Below, piece after piece: positions 1-7,753 of a DNA stretch of 39,817 nt. Both the position numbers and the translations under genes were made by a program. The notes under the pieces were generated by a model. It saw nothing but the letters and a program-made list of their open reading frames with translations. It did no database searches and was not told the origin of the DNA. The stretch is from Escherichia phage TM1, in the sequence record MT808983.1; one strand, written 5' to 3'. Within the stretch, counting starts at the first letter, position 1. Each line of letters starts with the position of its first letter.

Positions 1-179
1 TCACAGTTCAAGAACCTCAAGTCTCCCCATAGGCCCTCTTTTAGTCCAGACCAAAGGCCCTACCCCAGTCTATCATAAGGTGGGACCGATGGTCAAGACT
101 TCAGGTCAACGATAGGTTGAGGCTATGGCTGGAGGTCGGGACGATAGGTAGGGACTATGGGTCTGCCTCTAAGTCCCTA
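1..179. repeat. Left direct terminal repeat (DTR), identical to 39639-39817
   Basis: First 179 nt (tcacagttcaagaacctcaag...ctaagtcccta) recur at the extreme 3' end of the window; T7-like phages have terminally redundant linear genomes. Confidence 0.85.
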
Positions 180-215
180 TCTGTATAGTGTTATAGTATA
201 ACATTACGTCCTACA

Positions 216-299
216 CCTACAGTCTCACTAACCTACAGTCTCACTAACCTACAGTAACAACCATAAGACACTCACATCCTACAGTCATAGACCTACAGT
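216..299. repeat. Array of 5 copies of the octamer CCTACAGT just inside the left DTR
   Basis: CCTACAGT at 216-223, 232-239, 248-255, 278-285, 292-299; a matching array lies just inside the right DTR. T7 carries short-repeat arrays in and beside its terminal repeats. Confidence 0.7.
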
Positions 300-410
300 T
301 AATAGACACAAAGCTATAGACTTAAGGTCAAAGAAATGTTAGTCAAAGACTATATCCTCTTACACCATGAGGCCGACGATAGCTTAATCAATATTATTTC
401 AAATTACCTA

Positions 411-440
411 TTGACTATAGGTCTAGACTATGGCTTAATA
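411..440 (+). promoter_or_regulatory. Candidate host sigma70 early promoter (TTGACT, 17-18 nt spacer, TTAATA)
   Basis: TTGACT at 411-416 followed by an AT-rich -10-like hexamer; located in the non-coding early leader where T7 has promoters A1-A3. Judged by eye only. Confidence 0.3.
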
Positions 441-551
441 GCTTCCGTCAACACGACACGGCAACAACCGGATAGTGAAGACGCCGGGTCATCCCGGTTA
501 AGTAGACAGCCTGATAAGTCATACGAACAACAGGCAGATGACAGAAAGTAG

Positions 552-581
552 TTGACAAGATGTACCGACTTAAAGTAGTAT
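552..581 (+). promoter_or_regulatory. Candidate host sigma70 early promoter (TTGACA, 18 nt spacer, TAGTAT)
   Basis: Perfect -35 TTGACA at 552-557 and a -10-like TAGTAT at 576-581; the downstream context (cttaaagt) resembles T7 A-promoter regions. Confidence 0.35.
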
Positions 582-775
582 GTACCACATCAACACGAAA
601 CAACGGTGAGTCCCAACACTGAAACGGGATAGCACGGCGACGACAGCCAACGCAAATGCTCTTTAACAATCTGGATAAACTCTTAATGTGCGCCGATAGC
701 GACTAACTACAGGGTCTTTGAGTCTACATCTGAGGTCCCTGACTGATAGTCACTAACAACCTAAGAGGAATCATT

Positions 776-1057
776 ATGAGACTGAACAAAACTACGGCAG
801 AAGCCTTCCGCAAGGAGCTAGACTCAAGATTATTGCGTGGAGTGGAAGAAGAAGCAAAGCGCTATAAAGAGAATGGTCTAACGTTCAAACGATTTATGTG
901 GGATTGCTATCACGGGGTGGGTCATAAAAGGTCTCAGGAGATAATCACCAGCAACAATGCGGAAGTGCAAGTGATAGGAGGATATATGGCTAACGTGAAG
1001 GATTCTCACATAGAGACCATGCTTAAGAATGCACTTAAAGATGTAGCCTACGAGTGA
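776..1057 (+). CDS. Early protein of unknown function (93 aa), first early gene
   Basis: ATG at 776 preceded by AAGAGGAA; sits at the start of the early region upstream of the Ocr-like gene; no recognised motif. Confidence 0.6.
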   Translation: MRLNKTTAEAFRKELDSRLLRGVEEEAKRYKENGLTFKRFMWDCYHGVGHKRSQEIITSNNAEVQVIGGYMANVKDSHIETMLKNALKDVAYE

Positions 1058-1123
1058 TTAACTACAGGTCGTTAGCTTATAGCGGCCTGACTGATAGTCA
1101 CTAACAACTGAGAGGATATAACT

Positions 1124-1459
1124 ATGGAACGTAACGCTAACGCATACTATGACCTGCTGGCTGCAACTGTGAAAGCATTCAACGAGCGCATCCAGTACGA
1201 CCAACTGACTCAAGATGATGACTACTACGATGCACTGCATGAGGTTGTCGATGGAATGGTTCCGCACTATTACCACGAGATTTTCACGGTGATGGCCGCT
1301 GATGGTATAGACCACGAGTTCGAAGACTCTGGGCTGATGCCTGAGACCAAGGACGTAACGCGTATATTACAAGCTCGCATCTATGAGGCGCTTTACAACG
1401 ATGTGTCTAATAGCTCAGATGTGGTCTGGTTTGAGCCTACTGAGGAGGACTGCGAGTGA
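1124..1459 (+). CDS. ocr: Ocr-like anti-restriction DNA mimic (T7 gp0.3 homolog, 111 aa)
   Basis: Acidic protein containing [43 protein letters not shown], which closely matches the recalled core of T7 Ocr ([43 protein letters not shown]); SD GAGAGGA before the ATG. Confidence 0.85.
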   Translation: [111 protein letters not shown]

Positions 1460-1620
1460 TGGTAACTTATGGTCTCTGCCAGCACCACGTCACCAACGCC
1501 CGGCTTATGGTCAAGACCGGGCAGTTAAACCACGATGCGACTATGCGTTACCTGAAAGCGGTCTATGAGGGCCGCAAGCGAATACACGACAGCTTACACG
1601 CTGAGGACAAACCACAATGA
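1459..1620 (+). CDS. Small early ORF (53 aa), unknown function
   Basis: ATG overlaps the Ocr stop (TGATG); ends 1618-1620 overlapping the next start. Below the 60-aa cut-off of the supplied ORF track; supported only by tight gene packing. Confidence 0.35.
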   Translation: MVTYGLCQHHVTNARLMVKTGQLNHDATMRYLKAVYEGRKRIHDSLHAEDKPQ

Positions 1621-1808
1621 TAACTGAAGGTTCAATCATAGAATACAGATGTGACCACGGGTATATCCTGAAGGGTAAAGTAACGCAGGTATACACGTCT
1701 GTAACTGGTAAGCGATGCGTTGAGTTAACTAGCGGTGTGCGCTTAGGTCTGCATGAGTGTAGGCTGTTAAACGAGACGCAAGCGCCTACACGACAGCTTA
1801 CACACTGA
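1617..1808 (+). CDS. Small early protein (63 aa), unknown function
   Basis: ATG at 1617 preceded by the repeated leader ctgaggacaaaccacaATG; lies in the T7 gene 0.4-0.7 position. Confidence 0.5.
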   Translation: MITEGSIIEYRCDHGYILKGKVTQVYTSVTGKRCVELTSGVRLGLHECRLLNETQAPTRQLTH

Positions 1809-1820
1809 GGACAAGTAAAC

Positions 1821-1946
1821 ATGTACCAGATAACTTATAGCAGTGAACAGGCGTTCTACGATGGATGCTACGAGATGATGAAGCGCGGGGCTTGCTACGT
1901 GGCTAACCACCATAGCTTGACCATAACGCTGACAGGTGGATACTGA
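1821..1946 (+). CDS. Small early ORF (41 aa, MYQITYSSEQAFYDGCYEMMKRGACYVANHH...), unknown function
   Basis: ATG at 1821 preceded by a second copy of the repeated leader (ctgaggacaagtaaacATG); stop TGA at 1944-1946. Confidence 0.35.
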   Translation: MYQITYSSEQAFYDGCYEMMKRGACYVANHHSLTITLTGGY

Positions 1947-2103
1947 GTGATAAACGAGAGGTCATCTTTCTGATAGGTGGCCTCAAAGATTATCACTTAC
2001 ATTGATAGGGGTTAACTATGAGTATTGGACATTGGGTATGCCTAGCGCCAGTTATCTTGATGATAGGTTATGGGATATACGATTGTATTAAACGGAAATC
2101 ACT

Positions 2104-2301
2104 ATGAGTAGCGCACTATTGACAGCCATAGGCTATGGACTTATCGCCTACGTGCTGATGAGAGACATCAACAAGGCACGTAAAGTCTACAAATTCAACT
2201 ATGTACGTCTGGGTCGCTGGACTGTACGTCAACCTAACGGACGATTCATGCGTAACTTAGCGAACGTCTGGGATATAGCAACTCTTGGGAGCAAACTGTA
2301 A
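2104..2301 (+). CDS. Small early protein (65 aa) with hydrophobic N-terminus, unknown function
   Basis: ORF with N-terminal LLTAIGYGLIAYVLM hydrophobic stretch; weak RBS; stop overlaps the next start (TAATG). Confidence 0.45.
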   Translation: MSSALLTAIGYGLIAYVLMRDINKARKVYKFNYVRLGRWTVRQPNGRFMRNLANVWDIATLGSKL

Positions 2302-2561
2302 TGAAAACCGTATACACTCACAAATCATCAAGCCGTAGCCGCATGGAGCAAGCCCAGCGTGATATGTTCTTACATCGTCGAATGATGGCAGAGGGGCATG
2401 AGTCTGAGCTGATGTACCTGCTGTATGGTGGACGACCAATCACCGACGATGGTAAACTTCTGGTCTCAGGCTGGAAGGCGATATACCAACGGTCAACCAT
2501 CAAGCACACGACTCACGGTGACTTCAGCCATCTTCACGCTAACCAACTGATATGCAAGTAA
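2301..2561 (+). CDS. Early protein (86 aa), unknown function
   Basis: ATG overlaps the preceding stop; last early ORF before the RNAP gene. No kinase motifs, so it is not a T7 gp0.7 homolog. Confidence 0.5.
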   Translation: MKTVYTHKSSSRSRMEQAQRDMFLHRRMMAEGHESELMYLLYGGRPITDDGKLLVSGWKAIYQRSTIKHTTHGDFSHLHANQLICK

Positions 2562-2566
2562 TTCTG

Positions 2567-2590
2567 ACTTAACTATCACTATAGGACTCA
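2567..2590 (+). promoter_or_regulatory. Phage-RNAP promoter (ttaACTATCACTATAGGact) immediately upstream of the RNAP gene
   Basis: Matches the 11-member promoter family of this genome (core ACTATCACTATAGG); predicted +1 G at 2584. Confidence 0.7.
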
Positions 2591-2658
2591 AGGTCTAAGA
2601 CTCCAAGTGAAAGACCAAAGAGACTTTAAGTGAAAGACTAATAACAAGGACTTTAAGT

Positions 2659-5340
2659 ATGAGCGTCATCTCTATTGACAAACACGACTTCTCTGATGTG
2701 TCGAACGCCATTGAGCCGTTTAACCTGCTGGCTGACCACTACGGGCAAGACCTTGCAGTCAAGCAGCTTCAGCTTGAGCATGAGGCATACACTGAAGGCG
2801 AGCGACGTTTCATCAAGAACCTTGAGCGCCAGACCGAGCGCGGTGAGATGGCAGACAATCAGGTCGCCAAGCCTTTGATGCAGACTCTGGTCCCTAAGAT
2901 TGCGCAAGCCGTCAAGGAGTGGCATGAAGGCCCAGACGGGAAGCTGTCAACCTCTCGTCCTAGCGTAGCGTTCACCATGTTGAGCACTGAAGATAAGGCC
3001 GTCAAGGACCGCTCTCTGCGCATCTCCTGTGAGTCTGCTGCGGTTATCATACTGAAGGTCATCCTCTCCAAGCTGGTAAAGCCTGAAGGGATACCGATTA
3101 CACCTATGGCCTCCGCGATAGGTCGCACACTTGAAGATGAGATCCGCTTCGGTCGAATCAGAGACAAGGAGCAGGAGCACTTCAAGAAGGCGATAGCTGA
3201 TAACCTGAACAAGCGAGCTGGGGCATCCTATAAGAAAGCCTACATGCAAGCGGTTGAGACCTCCATGCTGGAGCAAGGTCAACTGGAAGATGCGTGGGGA
3301 ACTTGGAGTCCGACAGAGGCGGTACACGTTGGCATCAAGATGCTTGAGATTGTCATACAGTCTACACAACTGGTCGATATTAAGCGTTATGGTGCTGGCA
3401 ATGCAGCGGCTGATGTTGAGATGGTCCACCTGTCAGACTTCTGGGTCAAGAAGATGGCACAACGTGGGTTCAGCCTTGCGGGTATCGCACCAGTCTATCA
3501 GCCTTGCGTAGTTCCACCTAAGCCGTGGACGGGTGTCGTAGGCGGTGGGTACTGGGCCAAAGGTCGCAGACCGTTACCATTGATTCGCTTAGGGTCTAAG
3601 TCTGCGGTAGCACGTTACGAAGACGTGTACATGCCGGAAGTCTATGACGCTGTGAACATCATCCAGAATACACCTTGGAAAGTTAACAAGAAGGTTCTGG
3701 ACGTGGTGAACATGGTCGAGAAGCTGAACAACACGCCTATTGACGACATCCCTCAGATGGAGCCACTAAAGCCTGAGGACTATGCGGGTGAGACCGATGA
3801 AGAACTGAAGGCATGGAAGAAAGCTGCTGCTGGTATCTATCGACGCGAGAAGGCCAGACAGTCGCGCAGATTGTCACTGAGCTTTATCGTCAACCAAGCG
3901 AACAAGTTCTCTCAGTTCAAGGCCATCTGGTTTCCATACAACATGGATTGGCGAGGTCGTGTCTACGCTGTCCCGATGTTCAACCCTCAGGGTAACGACA
4001 TGCAGAAGGGTCTCCTGACTCTGGCAGTCGGCAAGCCTATTGGTGCTGACGGTTTCAAATGGCTGAAGGTACACGGTGCAAACTGCGCGGGTGTTGATAA
4101 AGTCACCTTCGAGGAGCGAATCAAGTGGGTGGAAGACAATCACGACAACATTATGGCTGCTGCTAAGGCACCGATGGATAGTATTGAGTGGTGGGGCAAG
4201 TTAGACTCTCCGTTCTGCTTCCTTGCGTTCTGCTTCGAGTATGCTGGCGTAATGCACCACGGCCTGTCTTACTCCTGCTCGCTGCCGATAGCGTTCGATG
4301 GGTCCTGCTCTGGTATTCAGCACTTCAGCGCGATGCTTCGTGACCACATCGGTGGACATGCAGTAAACCTAACTCCATCCGGCAAGGTTCAAGACATCTA
4401 CCGCATCGTGTCTGACCGCATCGCGGAGGAACTCAAAGTCCTGCTTGTTAACGGTACGGATAACGAGATGGTGACTCACGAGGACAAGAAAACTGGTGAG
4501 ATTACCGAACGTCTCAAGCTGGGGACACGAGAGCTGGCCCGTCAGTGGCTGACCTACGGTATGTCACGTAAGGTCACTAAGCGTTCGGTCATGACTCTGG
4601 CCTACGGGTCGAAAGAGTATGGCTTCGCAGACCAAGTATACGAGGACATCGTGATGCCAGCGATTGACTCAGGGTCTGGCGCTATGTTCACTGAACCAAG
4701 CCAAGCGTCTCGCTTCATGGCTAAGATGATTTGGGAAGCTGTGAGTGTGACCGTGGTTGCTGCGGTTGACGCGATGAAGTGGCTTCAAGGTGCTGCCAAG
4801 CTGCTGGCTGCTGAGGTGAAGGACAAGAAGACTGGAGAAATCCTGAAGCCTTGCCTTCCGGTACACTGGGTAACACCTGATGGTTTCCCGGTCTGGCAGG
4901 AATACCGCAAGAAGGATACAACCCGTCTGAACCTGATGTTCTTAGGGTCATTCAACCTTCAGCCTACAGTCAACAAAGGCACGAAGAAAGAGCTGGACAA
5001 GCACAAGCAGGAGTCAGGCATTAGCCCGAACTTCGTCCACTCACAAGATGGCAGCCACCTGCGGAAGACTGTAGTCCACACTCATCGCAAGTATGGCGTG
5101 ATGTCATTCGCAGTGATTCACGATAGCTTCGGGACCATCCCGGCTGACGCTGAGTATCTGTTCCGTGGTGTCCGTGAGACGATGGTAGAGACATACCGCG
5201 ACAACGATGTGCTGCTTGACTTCTACGAGCAGTTTGAATACCAGCTTCACGAGAGCCAGCGCGACAAGCTGCCTGAGCTTCCGAAGAAAGGTAAACTAAA
5301 TATCGAAGACATCTTGTCTTCAGACTTTGCATTCGCTTAA
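2659..5340 (+). CDS. gp1: Single-subunit DNA-directed RNA polymerase (T7 gp1 homolog, 893 aa)
   Basis: Collinear similarity to recalled T7 RNAP along the whole length (e.g. PYNMDWRGRVYAVPMFNPQGNDM, DGSCSGIQHFSAMLRD, HDSFGTIPADA, C-terminal SDFAFA). Confidence 0.97.
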   Translation: MSVISIDKHDFSDVSNAIEPFNLLADHYGQDLAVKQLQLEHEAYTEGERRFIKNLERQTERGEMADNQVAKPLMQTLVPKIAQAVKEWHEGPDGKLSTSRPSVAFTMLSTEDKAVKDRSLRISCESAAVIILKVILSKLVKPEGIPITPMASAIGRTLEDEIRFGRIRDKEQEHFKKAIADNLNKRAGASYKKAYMQAVETSMLEQGQLEDAWGTWSPTEAVHVGIKMLEIVIQSTQLVDIKRYGAGNAAADVEMVHLSDFWVKKMAQRGFSLAGIAPVYQPCVVPPKPWTGVVGGGYWAKGRRPLPLIRLGSKSAVARYEDVYMPEVYDAVNIIQNTPWKVNKKVLDVVNMVEKLNNTPIDDIPQMEPLKPEDYAGETDEELKAWKKAAAGIYRREKARQSRRLSLSFIVNQANKFSQFKAIWFPYNMDWRGRVYAVPMFNPQGNDMQKGLLTLAVGKPIGADGFKWLKVHGANCAGVDKVTFEERIKWVEDNHDNIMAAAKAPMDSIEWWGKLDSPFCFLAFCFEYAGVMHHGLSYSCSLPIAFDGSCSGIQHFSAMLRDHIGGHAVNLTPSGKVQDIYRIVSDRIAEELKVLLVNGTDNEMVTHEDKKTGEITERLKLGTRELARQWLTYGMSRKVTKRSVMTLAYGSKEYGFADQVYEDIVMPAIDSGSGAMFTEPSQASRFMAKMIWEAVSVTVVAAVDAMKWLQGAAKLLAAEVKDKKTGEILKPCLPVHWVTPDGFPVWQEYRKKDTTRLNLMFLGSFNLQPTVNKGTKKELDKHKQESGISPNFVHSQDGSHLRKTVVHTHRKYGVMSFAVIHDSFGTIPADAEYLFRGVRETMVETYRDNDVLLDFYEQFEYQLHESQRDKLPELPKKGKLNIEDILSSDFAFA

Positions 5341-5354
5341 CAGGAGAGAGAGTT

Positions 5355-5555
5355 ATGGAATTTGCACACAAGCAGACTGGCGTTAAGGGTGGTACTCAAA
5401 TCGTGACCGTAACAGAACACAACGGCAAGGGTCTGGTGAAGACCACTGTCATCCCTACCGAGATGTCAAAGCAGCTTAACGTCCAGTTCAAGTGGCTGGT
5501 TAAGCAGGTGGAGCAGACGCACGAGCAAGTCCTTAAAGAGGCGGCAACCAAATGA
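5355..5555 (+). CDS. Hypothetical protein (66 aa) between RNAP and gene 1.1
   Basis: ATG with SD AGGAGAGAG; T7 has no gene at this position. Confidence 0.5.
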   Translation: MEFAHKQTGVKGGTQIVTVTEHNGKGLVKTTVIPTEMSKQLNVQFKWLVKQVEQTHEQVLKEAATK

Positions 5556-5629
5556 CATACCTACAGTTACTGGCCCTGTGGCTGGGAGCACTAGCAGTAT
5601 TCACTCTAATCCAACGCAGAAGAGGTTAA
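5552..5629 (+). CDS. Possible small hydrophobic peptide (25 aa, MTYLQLLALWLGALAVFTLIQRRRG)
   Basis: ATG overlaps the upstream stop (ATGA); predicted single transmembrane helix followed by a basic tail; very short, so tentative. Confidence 0.2.
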   Translation: MTYLQLLALWLGALAVFTLIQRRRG

Positions 5630-5633
5630 CCAT

Positions 5634-6113
5634 ATGTTCGGTAAGTCAAAACTTAAGGCACAAATCAAAGAGTTGAGCATGAAGGTGGCATACTTGGAGC
5701 GAGTCGTAGAGGTCCGGGACAAGGACAACGAGCGGCTGAAGGTTAAACTTGCTGAATCAGAGCGTAAGCGCCTAACGCCACCAGCTGCTGTAACTGTCAA
5801 GCGTATGGTAGGCATCAAGTTCAAGGCTCTATTCAACGGTATGTACCAACCGGCTGAGTTCAAGACTGGGCCGGGTAACTGTGGGAAGAACGTTAAGCAC
5901 TTCACCATCTCGAAGACTGAACGCACACTGACCATCCACCAGCACCACATAGACGGGTCTCAGAAAGACTTTGAGTACCGACTGAGCGACATCGACGGTA
6001 GAATCCAGTATGACTATGAGCTGGTTAAGGTATACGGTGAGGAGGCTGAACAGGAACGTATAGTCCAAGCCTTCCGCAACAGACACGATTCGTACCCTAA
6101 ACTATCACTATAG
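5634..6113 (+). CDS. Hypothetical protein (159 aa) with coiled-coil-like N-terminus, accessory gene
   Basis: ATG with SD GAAGAGG; its stop codon TAG lies inside the following phage promoter; no recognised motif. Confidence 0.6.
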   Translation: MFGKSKLKAQIKELSMKVAYLERVVEVRDKDNERLKVKLAESERKRLTPPAAVTVKRMVGIKFKALFNGMYQPAEFKTGPGNCGKNVKHFTISKTERTLTIHQHHIDGSQKDFEYRLSDIDGRIQYDYELVKVYGEEAEQERIVQAFRNRHDSYPKLSL

Positions 6114-6119
6114 GATTAG
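6096..6119 (+). promoter_or_regulatory. Phage-RNAP promoter (taaACTATCACTATAGGatt), phi1.1 position
   Basis: Family consensus; predicted +1 G at 6113; overlaps the 3' end of the upstream ORF. Confidence 0.8.
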
Positions 6120-6160
6120 ACTCAAGGTCATGACTCAAAGTCGTGGCCTTCATGATTAAC
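6118..6160 (+). ncRNA. Conserved leader hairpin, candidate RNase III processing site (R1.1 position)
   Basis: agactcaaggtcatgactcaaagtcgtggccttcatgattaa; one of three copies of a conserved AGACTCAAGGTCAT...GGCCTTTATGATTA element. Confidence 0.5.
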
Positions 6161-6195
6161 CCTAACCTAACGTAAACTACTGGAGATTTAACAAC

Positions 6196-6375
6196 ATGTA
6201 TCAGAACACTATCAACTTCGAGCGCATCCGTGAACGTCAACAGACTGAAGATTATATTCCGAAGGGCCGCAAGCTGAACAAGACCAAGCGTGGCGGTGGT
6301 GTCAAGGGTGCTTTCCGTAACGCTGAAGGCAAAGACTCTCTGGTCAACCAAGAGAAATACTTCGTAGGAGCATAA
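6196..6375 (+). CDS. gp1.1: gp1.1-like small basic protein (59 aa)
   Basis: Contains GRKLNKTKRGGG, matching the GRKLNKTKR motif recalled from T7 gp1.1; position after RNAP and the phi1.1 promoter. Confidence 0.7.
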   Translation: MYQNTINFERIRERQQTEDYIPKGRKLNKTKRGGGVKGAFRNAEGKDSLVNQEKYFVGA

Positions 6376-6378
6376 GCC

Positions 6379-6630
6379 ATGAGTAAACGTTGGTTATTCG
6401 ACGCATCACCGAGCCAGTGGTCATCGTTAGGCCGGACCCACAGAGAGATGAGCGAGGCAGGACTTGAGGTCAGAATGGATGACCTGCCGTGCTCCGGAAA
6501 GACTCTGGTCCAAATCATTGAAGCAGACGATGGGAGGATTCTGGTCACGCGCAAATTTAACGAACACGAAATCTTTAGCTGTGAGCAATGGTGCTTGCAG
6601 CAACTGAATGCTTACAGGAGCTGGAAATAA
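6379..6630 (+). CDS. gp1.2: gp1.2-like protein (83 aa; the T7 homolog is a dGTPase inhibitor)
   Basis: Position between gp1.1 and ligase, similar length and C-terminal WK as recalled for T7 gp1.2; internal similarity is weak. Confidence 0.55.
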   Translation: MSKRWLFDASPSQWSSLGRTHREMSEAGLEVRMDDLPCSGKTLVQIIEADDGRILVTRKFNEHEIFSCEQWCLQQLNAYRSWK

Positions 6631-7670
6631 TGACAACTATCAAGACTAACCCTCACCGCGCTGTAGACTACTCTGAGTCTGGCGTTAAGAAAGCGCTCGA
6701 AGCTGCCGGGTCACTGGAAGCTGAAGTGAAGTATGACGGTGTGCGGTTGAACCTTCCGGTGCTGCGAGAGGGTGAGACTTATTGGTTAAGCCGTGAGTCG
6801 AAACCTCTGCCTGCCTTGGAGTGGATGAACTCTGAGCTAGGTAATGCGTGGACCCAAGCTGACTGGCGATGGTTCCTGCGGCAAGCTGGATACGAAGGTG
6901 TGGGCCTGATGATCGATGGCGAGGTCATGATCAAAGGTGTGGACTTCAACACCTCCTCAGGTCTCATCCGAACGAAGTGGCTCAAGCCTAACAATGAGGA
7001 GGTCGCTGAATGCTATCCGGGCCGTGGCAAGAAGGTCCCGTTCTTGGTCTCCCGGTCACGACTTCAGGTTGTGGTATATGGCGTTGTCGATATGACAACC
7101 ATAGCAGACCCGAAAGCCGAAGGTCCTATCCATAGCGTCACACGCCTGAAGGCCGAAGCCATCGTCCCTCTCCTCCAGAAATACTTCCCGGAAATCGACT
7201 GGGTATTATCTGAGAGTCATACAGTGTATGACCTTGAGTCGCTCAACTCCCTGTACGAAGAGAAGCGTCTGGAAGGACACGAGGGTCTGGTAGTCAAGGA
7301 CCCACTTGGTAAATACAAGCGTGGCAAGAAGTCAGGCATGTGGAAAATGAAGCCTGAGGAGACAATCGACGGGACAGTGTGTGGCCTCGTGTGGGGGACT
7401 CCGGGTAAGGCTAACGAAGGTAAGGTGATTGGCTTTGAGGTGCTGCTTGAGGATGGCATGGTGGTTAATGCTTGTGGTCTGACTGAAGAACAGAAGGATG
7501 AGTTTACGGAAGCCTGTAACACTGATACATATATTCTCGGTGGAATCAATCCATACGAAGGCTGGCAGTGTGAAGTCCTTTTCATGGAGCGGTTCCCTGA
7601 TGGCTCACTCCGTCACCCTAGCTTCAAGTGCTGGCGAGGGACGGAAGACAACCCGACCGTTAAGAGTTAA
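6630..7670 (+). CDS. gp1.3: ATP-dependent DNA ligase (T7 gp1.3 homolog)
   Basis: MTTIKTNPHRAV...EVKYDGVR (KxDG adenylation motif) ...GHEGLVVKDP...KRGKKSGMWKMKPE...SLRHPSF, collinear with T7 ligase; start taken at ATG 6630 (T7-like MxxIKTNP) rather than the upstream alternative start in the ORF track. Confidence 0.92.
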   Translation: MTTIKTNPHRAVDYSESGVKKALEAAGSLEAEVKYDGVRLNLPVLREGETYWLSRESKPLPALEWMNSELGNAWTQADWRWFLRQAGYEGVGLMIDGEVMIKGVDFNTSSGLIRTKWLKPNNEEVAECYPGRGKKVPFLVSRSRLQVVVYGVVDMTTIADPKAEGPIHSVTRLKAEAIVPLLQKYFPEIDWVLSESHTVYDLESLNSLYEEKRLEGHEGLVVKDPLGKYKRGKKSGMWKMKPEETIDGTVCGLVWGTPGKANEGKVIGFEVLLEDGMVVNACGLTEEQKDEFTEACNTDTYILGGINPYEGWQCEVLFMERFPDGSLRHPSFKCWRGTEDNPTVKS

Positions 7671-7678
7671 CTAAACGT

Positions 7679-7720
7679 CAACCCAGTGGTCTTCGGACTG
7701 CTGGGTTTCTTTGCTTTATG
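7679..7720 (+). terminator. Rho-independent terminator, analog of T7 early terminator TE
   Basis: GC-rich hairpin (aacccagtggtcttcggactgctgggtt) followed by a T-rich tract tctttgcttt directly after ligase, where T7 has TE. Confidence 0.7.
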
Positions 7721-7753
7721 CTAGCAAGCTATCGTCTGGTCAACCAGCCTGAC

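Noticed and set aside
216-299. Short-repeat arrays as a possible CRISPR array
   Set aside because: The repeats are 8 bp with irregular short spacers, with no long unique spacers and no cas genes; they match T7-type terminal short repeats instead.
336-551. 71-aa + strand ORF in the left-end leader
   Set aside because: Lies across the region holding the candidate host promoters, has no SD, and T7-like phages have no gene here; likely a chance ORF.
6120-6195. Primary replication origin after the phi1.1 promoter, as in T7
   Set aside because: The region is not conspicuously AT-rich and shows no second tandem promoter; it cannot be supported from sequence alone.
6588-6629. Upstream alternative start for ligase (track ORF from 6588)
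   Set aside because: The ATG at 6630 gives the T7-like N-terminus (MxxIKTNP) and overlaps the gp1.2 stop; the 6588 start would overlap gp1.2 extensively.
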